Part shown: piece after piece, positions 23,856-35,219 of the stretch | How the letters are laid out: the number at the start of each line of letters is the position of its first letter | Position numbering within the stretch: the stretch's first letter is position 1 | Assembly: GCA_965603825.1 (NCBI GenBank) | Contig: CBFDEM010000036.1 | Location: 682,001-746,000 of the forward strand | Length of the DNA: 64,000 nt | DNA from: Blepharisma stoltei ATCC 30299 | Lineage: Eukaryota > Protista > Ciliophora | Direction: 5' to 3' | Made by a program: the position numbers and the translations under genes | The notes under the pieces: model-generated | Told to the model about the DNA's origin: nothing | Database searches by the model: none | The model's input: the letters and a program-made list of their open reading frames with translations, nothing else

Positions 23856-25006
23856 TTAATATTTTCATCATGACTGTCTCCGTCACTGTCTTGTTCATGT
23901 ATCACTGCTTGTATATTTGTGTCAGTACTATCCTTATGTCCATATCTATATGGCTTTTGTGATGGCCTGACATCTTCTATATTACTGCCAGCAAAATTGT
24001 CAAGGAACTCTATAGAATAAGCTTTTCCTGTAATAAAACGATGCTTTAAGAGCTGAGAAGCTTTTGGGCGTAAGATTGGGGATCTTTGGAGACAGGATTT
24101 TATTAAAGATTGCAAGGACATAGAAATTGTTTGAGGAATGTTTGGGAGTTGCTCAGTATCGCGGATTATTTTTAATGCTTCTTTAGGGTCTTTTGAGAAA
24201 TCAGAGTATGGAGGCTTGCCTGTTGTCATTTCAAGAACCAAACAGCCAAATGACCAAATGTCAGCTAAAAGGCTGATTTCTTTGTTTTGCAATATTTCTG
24301 GGGCAACACAAAAAGGATTCTCAGCAGTATCTTCAAATTTTCACATAATTTCTCCACATAATTTCCTACTATTTTGAAAGCCGCTTAATTTTATATTCCC
24401 AGATTCAGTTATCATTATATGTGAGCTTCTCAATCCTCCATGAATAATCTCACTATTATGTAAACAACTCAAAGCTTTTAAAATTTGTTTTGCATATATT
24501 CTTATAATCGATTCTTCTATTTTCTCATATTTTTGGATTAAATTTGCAATAGATCCGCTTGGTATGAACTCTTGGATAATGTTTATCATTTTTTGGTCAT
24601 TTGACAGTTCTGATTGATAATACTTCAAAATATTTGGGTGGTCTAATTCTTTTATAATTTGGTATTGATTTCTTATAATTTCAAATTCTCTGATTGGATC
24701 TTCAGAATTTGAATGCAAGATTATAGTTTTCACAGCCATAATTTCGCCTGTTTCAATGTTTAAGCATTGGTAAAGTTTCGAATTAGAGTCTTCTTCTAGA
24801 AGCTCGCCTTGCTTTCAACGTATAAATTTTGATGGCCTTGGAAGAGTATTTTCAAAACAAAACGACTCAGAAGCGTCGCTCCCGTGAAGACTGCGCTTTT
24901 GGTGAAAAATAGTGGTTTGTTCTGTAGTGAAGCTAGATTGTAGACGAGGCTGCAATATGTCATGAGTATCTTTAATTGTATTTCGAGAGCAGCACGCTGC
25001 ACCCAT
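23852..25006 (-). CDS. MAP3K (STE11/NPK1-like) pseudokinase with N-terminal acylation motif, 384 aa
   Basis: Three ORFs joined by TGA. RWKQGELL, MAVK, HPNILKY, APE, ADIWSFGC.V.EM.TGKPP present; Gly loop, HRD and DFG degenerate. Confidence 0.85.
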
Positions 25007-25210
25007 TTTATTTAAGTAATATGAATCACATGAAAATAATTATGCAAAAATGTAAATAAAAAACACTGCCAGGATTTATCTCCTTTTTTTGAAAATTTAT
25101 AAAAATATATTCAAGACTTAAATATATGTACTTATAATTAATAAATAGAATAGAATTTATAATTTCAACAACAGCTGGTAATTGACTATTTTTAAATTTT
25201 TATTTATAAT

Positions 25211-27040
25211 ATGGAATCTGAAAACTCACTTTACTCCTGCTTGAGAGACAGAATATTAAACGATCTGTTAGAAGATATCTGCAGAAGAGCTCCATATCTG
25301 GCTATGATAGTAGATAAAACCTCTATCAGTTTTTTATCAGGGGCTGTCACGGTTCTCGATCTTACAGAAAGAGGAATTTCTGTCATAGAACAATTAGAAA
25401 AAACTAGAATGCCAATGCCAGATATTGAGGCATTATATTTTGTGACACCAACTGACAAAGTGGTTAAGCATATTGCAGAAGATTTTTCAAGTCGAGTTGC
25501 AACATATAGAACAGCACATCTATGTTTTACCTCAAGTTTATCAGATTGGCAGCTTACCTATTTAGCGGCTTCACCTATTATGCCGTTTATTCGAACCCTT
25601 AAAGAAGTCAACTGCGAATTTCGAGTATGTGGGCTTGACGCTTTTTCTCTTGAAGAAAATCATTTCATGGGACCTCTTTATCTCTCTGAATCTCTTATAG
25701 ACCGCCAAACAGCAATCTTAGCTCTTGCTAAAAAACTTGCTAATCTTTGTGCAATGCTTAAAGAATTCCCTTATGTTTGCTATCAATCTCTATCTCCTCA
25801 AGCTGAAGAACTTGCTATTGAGCTTGAACAACAAATAGGAATAGTGTATAGGAAAATCCCCGATTTGCAGTTCAATGAAAATAGGTCAACCCTGGTAATT
25901 TTGGATAGAAAATTTGATTTATCAACACCATTATATCATGATGTTCATTATGAGCCTATGACACGAGATATCCTAGGAGTTTCAATGGACGGACGTGTAA
26001 AATATGAGTCTGTTGATAATGAGAATACTGTTTCTAATAAAGACGCAACTTTAAATGAGCTTGATAATATATGGACCAAGCTTCGCTATGATGAAGTGGA
26101 TGACGCACAAGGAACCTTGGTTGATGATTTGAATGAATTTCGAAATAGAAATCGAGATGTAGAAGCTGCAGCTAATCAAGAAGCTTTAAATATAAAACAA
26201 GTCGCTAGAGTTGTAGGTGGACTATCAGAGTATAATGAATATATGGCCAGATTTGCAGTGCATAGATATTTGATTGATTTATTATTAAAACGATTTGTGG
26301 ATGATGGGCTCAATGATGTCAGTGAAATTGAACAAATTTTGCTAACAGGAGTTGATTCAAATAGAAATTGGATAAAACCTGGGAAAATCGTTCCAAGAGT
26401 TGTACAGAAAATGAGACAAATCACTGATGAAGAAGATAGACTAAGATTAGCTTTATTAACAGTTATCTGTTTAGAGCTAAAAGAAAAGCATAGAAAAATG
26501 GTAACAGATTTATTACAAACCAAGCATATTTTTTTAATATCAAAATTAGGCTATCTAGGAATTCAACCACAGACTTCTAACAGAAAAACTTTATACAGAG
26601 ATGAAGAAAATTTAAGAGAAATCGTCAAAAAAATGAAGCCTATAGAGAAGGTCTATAATTATTATCAACCAAAGCTAAGAAATATTATTAGAGCTGCATT
26701 AGATAATCAGCTTGATCCAAGCAATTTTATTTTTGGAAAAGCTGCACCACCTAATCTTCAAGGATTTGAAGGGCCAATTTCTGTAGGAACTTCTCTTAGA
26801 AAAAAGCCAGCACAATTAAAATCTGCAAGAGGAAGAAAACGAATCATAATCTTTATTTTAGGAGGGTTGAGCTACGCTGAAGTTTGTCTTATAAAAGAAT
26901 TCCAAAATGATGCACAAGTAATTTTAGGAGGAAATAAAATTATGGCTCCATTGGATTTTATGGAAGAAATTAGCTCAATTGAAAGGAAATCTGGATATGA
27001 CAATGGAGTTGATCCTAGAGATGTGAATTTGCAAGTTTAG
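25211..27040 (+). CDS. Sec1/Munc18 (SM) family protein
   Basis: EALYFVTP, LVILDRKFDLSTPLYHDVHYE, IIIFILGGLSYAE. Confidence 0.92.
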   Translation: MESENSLYSCLRDRILNDLLEDICRRAPYLAMIVDKTSISFLSGAVTVLDLTERGISVIEQLEKTRMPMPDIEALYFVTPTDKVVKHIAEDFSSRVATYRTAHLCFTSSLSDWQLTYLAASPIMPFIRTLKEVNCEFRVCGLDAFSLEENHFMGPLYLSESLIDRQTAILALAKKLANLCAMLKEFPYVCYQSLSPQAEELAIELEQQIGIVYRKIPDLQFNENRSTLVILDRKFDLSTPLYHDVHYEPMTRDILGVSMDGRVKYESVDNENTVSNKDATLNELDNIWTKLRYDEVDDAQGTLVDDLNEFRNRNRDVEAAANQEALNIKQVARVVGGLSEYNEYMARFAVHRYLIDLLLKRFVDDGLNDVSEIEQILLTGVDSNRNWIKPGKIVPRVVQKMRQITDEEDRLRLALLTVICLELKEKHRKMVTDLLQTKHIFLISKLGYLGIQPQTSNRKTLYRDEENLREIVKKMKPIEKVYNYYQPKLRNIIRAALDNQLDPSNFIFGKAAPPNLQGFEGPISVGTSLRKKPAQLKSARGRKRIIIFILGGLSYAEVCLIKEFQNDAQVILGGNKIMAPLDFMEEISSIERKSGYDNGVDPRDVNLQV

Positions 27041-27355
27041 AGTTAGGTAAATGTTTAATTAAAATGGCTTCATTATTTTTATTTAGATCAAGTCTTAAAA
27101 TGGAAGCAAGTAAAAAAACCAGCAATTTGCATTTTGAAAAAAAATCAATTATTGATAAGATTATTTTGAAGTTTTGTAAAATATTGTATTAGTATATTTT
27201 TTTATTAGCTAAAATAATAATTTATAGTAAAATTAGACTTACCCATTCTTTAGCTATTTATACGTTGTGCTTTACATAATGGAAAAACGCCTAGCTTGAG
27301 CTTGATCCGACTAGCACTTAAAAATTTAATAATATTAAAAGAAAACAGCCATTAA

Positions 27356-28564
27356 ATGGGTATATGCCTGCACAAGCAAAAATTCAAAAATGATGTAACT
27401 CCAGATTTTATATCTCCAGCTAAGCTAGAATCTCAACAATCATTACAAAAAAAACGTAAAACCCATCATCTTACTATTATCCCACAGCTTCAGGAATCAA
27501 TTGATTTTAAAAAAAATATTACTGAATGAACAAAAAAAAGCCATCATTCTCGGCATAGATCAGTCAGTAAACTCACACAAACTGAAGAATCATTTTTAAC
27601 TACATCACGGACAATTATATGTGGATCTTCGTATAAAGGACATCAAATAAGTTACGAAGATAAAGTCATAAAATTAAATGGAAAAATTAAAGAAATTGAA
27701 GAAGTTTACTCATATGGTATTGGATTTACTTGTAAAAAAGGCCTAAAAGCTAGTCCTTATAATCAAGATGATTTTTCTATCATTCTGGATACAGAATTTA
27801 TATTTTCTGGAGTTTTTGATGGTCATGGTGCATTTGGGCATGATGTTTCTAATTTTATACAATCAAAACTCCCACAGTTTTTAATAAATCATGAGAATTT
27901 TGACTCAAATATAAAGGAAGCGATTTTTCAAAGTTTTCTTCATGCGAATGCTTCACTATTGGAGCATTGCAGTGCGCCTGAACCAAAATTTGAGTGTATG
28001 ATGTCAGGGACAACCGCCACAACAATTTTAATAAAAAATAGTCACATTCATATTGGCCATACTGGGGATTCCAGAGCTATTTTAGGAAAAAAAATAAATA
28101 ATTGAATAATCGCTGAAAGATTGACGACTGACCATAAACCAAGTGTGCCTGAAGAATCAAAAAGAATTCAAGAAAGCAATGGAGAAATCCGAGCATTACC
28201 TGACGAGAACATCCCAAGAATTTTTATTCAAGGAAAAGACTATCCAGGACTATCCACATCTCGAGCCTTAGGAGATGCAGTAGCTCAGACTATAGGCGTT
28301 TCTCCACAGCCAGAATATAAAGATATCCAAATTTTAGAGGAATTTGAATATATCATTATATGCAGTGATGGAGTTTTAGAATTTATTAGTGATCAAGAAG
28401 CTATCGAAATTGTATCAAAATATGGCAAAAATTCGAGAAAAGGAGCTGAAAGTTTGGTTGCCCATGCTTGGCAAAAATGACTTCAAAACGAAGAAGAAGT
28501 TGCTGACGATATCACTGCAATTGTGATGCATTTGCCGACGATTTTAGCAAATAATTTTAATTAA
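27356..28564 (+). CDS. protein phosphatase 2C (PPM family), 402 aa
   Basis: NQDD, VFDGHG, SGTTA, GDSRA, DHKP, SRALGD, CSDGV, DDIT; TGA=Trp joins; starts MGIC. Confidence 0.92.
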
Positions 28565-28820
28565 AATAAAGAATTTTTAGGAGAATTAATCAGGGTGAAA
28601 TATAGAATTAGGAGCATAAACAGTATTAGTTGTGAGGAATTCAAAAAATAAGGCAATATCTTATAATTTGTGTAGAAAAAGTATGTGGAGAATAAAACAT
28701 GGAATTCATCAATAACAAGATTGAAATCTGATCTGCCAAATTTCAATACCAAATATAAAGATTTATCTGTGTATATCAATAACAGATGGATTAAAAGAAG
28801 AATAATTAATTGTTGATTCT

Positions 28821-29330
28821 TTATTCTTTAGTTGGAGTCTTTCTCCTTGACTTTTTAGCTGAAGAAGATGATCTTGTCGTTTTAGAATGAGATGGGATAT
28901 TAGTATCTTCCAAGAACTCTTTTCCTGCAGCTGCTGTTTCTGCCATCGTTGATTGCTTTGGAGTTAATTTTCTTGCGCTTGATCTTTCTGGTGTCTTTTC
29001 TGCTGCTTTTGGCGATTTTGCAGGAGTTTTTTCTGCTGACTTTGGTGACTTTGCAGGAGTTTTGGCAGGCGATTTTTCTCCTGATTTAGGAGATTTAGTC
29101 GGAGTCTTTGCAGGGGATTTTGGAGACTTGGCTGGAGTAGCTTTTTTAGCTGATGATTTTTGACTTTTAGCAGGGGTGCGAGATCTTGATCTGGTTGTAG
29201 CTCTGGAGGCTTCGTCTTCGAATTTTGAAGGAGTTTTAGTCTCTTCAACTGGCTGAGCAGCTTCTTTTTTAGAGCTTGTACCGCCGCGTCTTGGGGTTGC
29301 GGATTTTCCTTTAGGAGTGCTTGTCGACAT
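28821..29330 (-). CDS. histone H1-like basic protein without a globular domain
   Basis: K/S/T/P/A-rich with repeated TPAKSPK (S/TPxK), like ciliate macronuclear H1. Confidence 0.6.
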   Translation of the reverse strand: MSTSTPKGKSATPRRGGTSSKKEAAQPVEETKTPSKFEDEASRATTRSRSRTPAKSQKSSAKKATPAKSPKSPAKTPTKSPKSGEKSPAKTPAKSPKSAEKTPAKSPKAAEKTPERSSARKLTPKQSTMAETAAAGKEFLEDTNIPSHSKTTRSSSSAKKSRRKTPTKE

Positions 29331-29762
29331 TCGCGCCTTTTTTAATTATTGGGATAATGGCAGAAATTTTTAAGAGGGCTATGGGCTTTAGGAAAATGGA
29401 AATAATAGATATTTTGAGTTATATAAGCGAAATGGAGAGCTAAAATAAATGCTAGGAAAGTCAGCAAAATCAAACATAATGCATAGCTTTATATTTCAGG
29501 AAAAAGCTCTTATAGAGAATCCAAGTATTTATCTGATAAATTGGTATTTTATAGTTTTTTCCTCATAAATAAATACTACAATATTGTAATTTTCTAATTT
29601 TTATTTAGCTTTATTTAAAATATGATCTGCGAATTATTTTTCTTTTGAATATTCACTTTTTTAATTTCAAGTTACTTATTCTTCATTCACCTAAAAATAA
29701 AATTCTAGGTTAATACACTCTTGTTTGAATCTCATTTGTTTATTATGCTATCAATAAAATAA

Positions 29763-30956
29763 ATGTCTTCAAGCAGTAGCCAAGATCTTTCTGAAGTTGA
29801 TATTAGGTCAGAAACTTATAAAACAAGTGAAGCCACCACAATTATTCACCCAGCCAAAAAAGACATCTTAGAATTTGATTTAGAAAAAGAATCCTGCCGA
29901 TATCTCAGTTTTCAAGAAACTCTTCAACAAAATCCGAATTCTTACTTAGGGAATCCTTTATTTATTCTCCTAAACCTTACAAATCCTGAAGAAATAAAAC
30001 AGATTCGAATACATTATTCTTTGCATCCCTTAATTGACGTTGAATGCCAAAAATCAAAGTTTAATAACACTGACACCCTTATAAATTTTGGGAATTTTAT
30101 ATTTTTGACCATAAATGATGCATCAATTTCTGATGAATTGGACGTCTTATCAACACTAAAGCTAATAATTTTTGATGACCTTGTATTTGCTTTTTCTCAG
30201 TCCCAGCTTTACTGTATAGAAAAAGTATTTCATAACGAGATGAATTTTTCGAATTATCCAGAAGAAACAGATGTGCCAGAGGATGATGCTGTAATAAGGT
30301 ATTATTGAAGAACCCAGCAAAGTATTGCAGCAAAGAAATTTGAGCTGAAATTAAGAGGGTCAAGTAAAATTGAAGACATTTTGTATAAGCTAATCGATGC
30401 AATTGTCTCACGGTTCGAAATTTTTGTAAAAAGTATGGATGAAGAAACTAAGGTTTGTTTTGATTATTCTAATGTGGTAGATTATAAAGATAGATCAGAG
30501 TTTATACATAGGGTAAGCATGGCGAAAACTAATCTCGCTCAGCTAAATGATTTAATTGAGCCCAAAGAAAGATTGTTTATTTTGCTTAAAAAAGAAAAAA
30601 AATTCAGCAAATGCTTTAGATTATATATTAAAAGTATGCAGGCCAGAATTTCAAGAATGCTGGCAAGAAATGATGTGTGTCTTCAAATACTAAATAAAGC
30701 AGAAAATGTTCACATTTCTTTTACTGAAACAGCACTTACATTATATACAAATAAATTAAACAAAACAATGACAGTCTTTGCAGCTGCAGCATTTGCGTAC
30801 ATGCCCCTTAGCACAATTCCTGCATTTTGAGGGATGAACTGTGAGGTCCCATGGAAATATGTAGATAGCACATGACCATTTTACACTTTAGTTGGCTCTT
30901 GTATAGCTTCATTTATTTTGATTATGATATTTTTTAAACTAAAATCATTGATTTAA
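29763..30956 (+). CDS. CorA/Alr1-family Mg2+ transporter, 397 aa
   Basis: Joined through TGA; PAF-W-GMN-CEVPW signature between two C-terminal TM helices. Confidence 0.88.
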
Positions 30957-31159
30957 TTAAACTTTTAGCTGAATTATTTATTTTAAGCTGAAATTTTATT
31001 TTTGGCTTTTTCAGGCATTCTGATCCAAAAGTACTTTTCTAAAATCAAAATTTTTTGTTAATCAACTCAAGAATCCTTATTTTTCTTTACAATTTCATGA
31101 ATTACTTATTTAAAATTAATTTTAATTTAATCTCACACATCGGTTTCATATAAATCTTA

Positions 31160-31438
31160 TTAGTTAGACTTCCAGATGAGAACATTGACGTTATTATGAT
31201 AAGCTAAGAAAATATACCTTTTCGTCTGATATACAACGTGGCTTCCGAAGTCTCTTCCCACAATGCAATTCCATACCTGTTGATATTGTGAATCAAAAGC
31301 TTTTTTGATACTATTCGCTATATCCCTTTCCAATCTATTAGACTCAAAAGCATGAATTGTCGTTTGCTGAGCAAATTGCTGCATTTCCTCTTCCATATCT
31401 GCAACTAAAACTTTGATAGCGGCTGAATTGCTTGCCAT
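31160..31438 (-). CDS. dynein light chain, LC8 family
   Basis: ADMEEEMQ, IA..IKK.FD, WNCIVGRDFGSHV. Confidence 0.93.
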   Translation of the reverse strand: MASNSAAIKVLVADMEEEMQQFAQQTTIHAFESNRLERDIANSIKKAFDSQYQQVWNCIVGRDFGSHVVYQTKRYIFLAYHNNVNVLIWKSN

Positions 31439-31521
31439 AATAATTAATATTGATTAAAGCAATGTTTAAAGAAATTGTTTAAAATTAGAATTTATTGTAC
31501 TGTAACTTCATAAAGTGAAAC

Positions 31522-31938
31522 CTAAAGTATTTTTTCATCAAGAACTCTGAGCTGGCGCTGAATTTTTCTAATTTTTTTCTTCAAGTCGAATCTTTCTGGA
31601 AAAATCGACTGTTGGTGAAATAAGTTATCAAGGATTTTTTTCAGTCTGATATGCTTGAGTTTTTCAGCTTTTAAGTTTTCAATTTCGGCTGAGACTTCTT
31701 GGATTTTTAAGTAAATTTTGTTTTGGTCATTTAATATGATACTGTCATTGTATACACATTCCATCATATTTTCATTTGCTTGCTTAAGCATGTAAATGTT
31801 ATTTTTGATGTCAGAAACTAGCTTTTCTAAGTCAGATACATTCGAGTTACTAATTTTTGATAAGTTCGAGCATTGTTGGCTCAATGAATTGAAAATAGAG
31901 TTGAGGGAAATTGAGTTTGTGGAAATCTGAGCTATCAT
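31522..31938 (-). CDS. hypothetical coiled-coil protein
   Basis: ORF taken from first ATG (31938); heptad pattern; start uncertain. Confidence 0.5.
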   Translation of the reverse strand: MIAQISTNSISLNSIFNSLSQQCSNLSKISNSNVSDLEKLVSDIKNNIYMLKQANENMMECVYNDSIILNDQNKIYLKIQEVSAEIENLKAEKLKHIRLKKILDNLFHQQSIFPERFDLKKKIRKIQRQLRVLDEKIL

Positions 31939-32790
31939 TTTTTGATTATAATAGGTCAGTAATGACACCAAAGTAATTTTTGATTTAAAATGGCTAAAAA
32001 TGATTAGCTCTTTAGAAGTGGCTAGTCCAATGAAGTTAATTATGACAAAGTTGATTAATATTTTTTTAATTTAAAATAATTATTGCAATTAATTTTCGCT
32101 TCCGAAATTGATAGGCTAATATACTAGTATGCATCAAAATTATAAATTTTATTTATATTCAGCTATAATCTCAAAAATAATCAATAGCCTCTCTTATATG
32201 TTCACCAGCAATAAATATGTCATTAATTATCTTGATAATTCTTATCGAAAATTCAAATAGAGGAAGTTTTAACATTTTCTGTTCCAAGTCGTAAGAAACG
32301 GCCAATTTAAATAAATTAGTTTTCCAACCAGATTGGATGAAAATCGTTTCAGGATGAAACTTCCTCTAACTTTTTGATGTAATTTATTCCTAGGGTAATG
32401 ATGGAAATGAATTTGGAGTTTAATTTTTTGTAACAGCCATGGAAGGATTATTAATCTAATTAATCTCATATAGGCAATTAAATGGATTTTATTCCTAAAA
32501 TTTAATTGTATTACATATTATAGCGAGATGTTATTTAAACTACTTTTGAGATAAATAAATTACTAATCTGTACAGAAGCCAGTTACTTTTTATCAAATTT
32601 AAACAAGTGAAATATAATTTGTAGGTTTTATACTAATATAAATTTTGAGAAGGCAATTTATTTTTGTTTTAATTTAATAATTAATAGGATTATTAATTTT
32701 ATTATTTTCCACTTTTATTTATATAGGAAAAATATTTTTTCAGATGATTTTTTAAAATATTTGGAATCAGCTTATGATCTAATATATAAA

Positions 32791-33642
32791 ATGTCTATTC
32801 TCGACGTACTCCTTAGCAGACTTGAAAAGATGCACCAAAACCTTGGCGGCGACCGAATAGATATAAATTCCAGGGATAAAAAAGATAAATTTGCCATAAT
32901 CCGTCTCAAATGTGAAGAGCAGCTCCATACTATTGAATCATGCCAAGATCAAAGAGACAAAATTTCAAGTTTTAAACATGAGTAATTTTCAATCAGAGAA
33001 GACCCTGAAATTATCCAACTTAAATACAAAATTCTTCTCCTCCTCAAAGAAACCGACAAAGATATCGTAGAACTCAACAGAATATTAGAAAAGCAAAAAT
33101 TAAAACCAAAAGTAAAATCTAATCAGAAATATGCTGAGGTAGACATAGAAGCCAAGTCAAACAAGCTAAATTGGCTTGAAAGGAAGCTTGAAGATGCTAA
33201 AAAAGGTGAAGATCTTGGAGTAATGATAGGAAAAAGACCTGAAGACTTAGGAAAAATGAAGGCCGAGCTCATAAATATCGAGGATATTCAAATAGAAAAT
33301 ATTGGGAGAAAAGGTGACATGCTCGATATCGAAAAAGATGCCAAACAGAGATGGGAGGATTATGATAAAAGAATCGATGATTTAGCTGATAAAATCGGAA
33401 CAAATGTAGATGAGCTGAGAATGAGAGCTTTAAATATCAATGAAGCTTTGGATAGGCATGAAGATAAGCTGGACAGCTTGGATAATGTTGTAGGATTGGC
33501 CAATCAAGAATTGGAGTCAAGCACAAAAAAACTGAAAAAATTGCTCATAAAAGTTAGGGCTGGGGATAAGTTTTGTGTAACACTGTGTCTGTTGATTATA
33601 CTTATTGGTTTGCTGACTATTGGATATAATATGATAAACTAA
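32791..33642 (+). CDS. Qc-SNARE, SYP7-like, with C-terminal TM anchor
   Basis: MSILDVLLSRLEK N-terminus, SNARE heptads, terminal KFCVTLCLLIILIGLLTIGYNM; intron 32982-32996 and a possible intron 33112-33126. Confidence 0.8.
32982..32996 (+). other. 15-nt spliceosomal intron
   Basis: gtaattttcaatcag; removes an in-frame TAA. Confidence 0.85.
33112..33126 (+). other. possible 15-nt intron (stop-free)
   Basis: gtaaaatctaatcag matches the consensus, but the frame is open whether spliced or not. Confidence 0.55.
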
Positions 33643-33793
33643 TAGAAAAATAAAAATCATTAGAGCAATTTTTATAATTTTCCTACAAGTCTACCTAGTG
33701 TTTACAATATATTTTCATATCCTAAATCTCTAATAAAATCTTAAATAAACATCTGAATATTCAAATCGTCAAGTTTTTAATGGCAATAATTAT

Positions 33794-35135
33794 ATGATCT
33801 ATTTTATAGCCTTGCTCAGCTTTGCAAGCAGTCAAATAACTATTCCTATCGAAAGGCTTTCAGCAGATGGCCCAGCACTTCCAGAAAATTCTTTTCAGCC
33901 CTCCTTAGAAGCAGATGTTATTAAAATGAAGGCAAGTGAGCAGCTGGTTAACTACGAAAATGTATCATCTATATAGACTTATTATACAGGCACTGTTCTA
34001 ATCGGCACTCCATCACAGACTTTTACTTTATTATTCGATACTGGCAGTTCTGTAACTTTCTATATAGTGGCTTTGGGTCCCAGCAGCCAAATGCACATTT
34101 TGCCCATCAACCACAAAGCATACCTATAATTACAAAAATTCCATCACTTTTACGGATCTCAATGAAACAATCGAGCAGCAATATAATATGGAGAACAATA
34201 ACACCTATACAATTAAAGGGGAATTGTTTACAGAAACAGTAGTTTTAGGCTCTACCAACCCAAGAGCGGTAAAAGACCAAGTTTTTGTGGTTGTTGATAA
34301 ATATGATGATTTCCCTGGGACTCATTATGATGGGATTTTAGGACTAGGGCCAAGCGGAGATGCCAATGGAAATCCATCAGTGGTAGAAACTTTATATAAT
34401 CAAGGCAACATTGATGAACCTTTGTTTTCTCTTTATCTCAATGATAATGGCTTCCGTAAAGATGATGACCAGAACATAAAATCTGCAATTACATTAGGAT
34501 ATTACGATCTTGATAAATACGGAACAAGTGAGCCTGTGTCTCTTAAATGGTTCAATGTTGTGGAGACTTCAAACTCCTGGGAACTTAATTTGACCTCAAT
34601 TTATGTGGCAGACTCCAAAGTTGATTTAATTACACCTACTATTAAATTCGAGTCAAGGACAAGCATGCTTATAGGGCCGAGGAAAGGAATTGAGACTCTT
34701 TTCGAAAGATTTAGGACCCAGTGGGGATGTGCTAAATATCATACCAAAATGGCTTGTGACTGCTCAAATGTATACAATATAGTGGATTGGCCTGAAATCA
34801 TCATCAAGCTAGAGGGTGGGGAAGAGTTTACGTTAACAGAAAAAGAATATTTCAAAAGAGAAAGCAGAGTTTGCTTCTTGCAAGTCCAAGCTGCTGATAT
34901 TGATTACTGGATCGTTGGAGATGTCTTTTTCAGGAAATATTACACGATTTATGACTACCAGGAAAGAAGAATTGGCATTATTGATTCCAAGAGCTCAAGA
35001 ACTGCATCGAACTTGGCCAGCAACTGGTGGATCATCCCCACGATTCTAGCTGCTTTGTCTGGATCTATTGGACTAGGCTATTTAGTGTGGAAGACATATG
35101 GGAAAGAAGCAGGATATCAGCAATTGCCTAGATAA
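33794..35135 (+). CDS. membrane-anchored pepsin-like (A1) aspartic protease homologue; 2 introns
   Basis: Signal peptide, YTGTVLIGTP.Q.F.LLFDTGSS, DGILGLG, WIVGDVFFRKYYTIYD, C-terminal TM; introns 33962-33976 and 34052-34067. Confidence 0.9.
33962..33976 (+). other. 15-nt spliceosomal intron
   Basis: gtatcatctatatag; in-frame TAG. Confidence 0.88.
34052..34067 (+). other. 16-nt spliceosomal intron
   Basis: gtaactttctatatag; removal gives DTGSS-WLWVP. Confidence 0.9.
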
Positions 35136-35219
35136 GATTTCAATTAACTCTTATTAGTTTATTAGTTAATATTCCATAATACTTCAGAGAATATTTGCTT
35201 AAATAGATAGTTTAGCATA

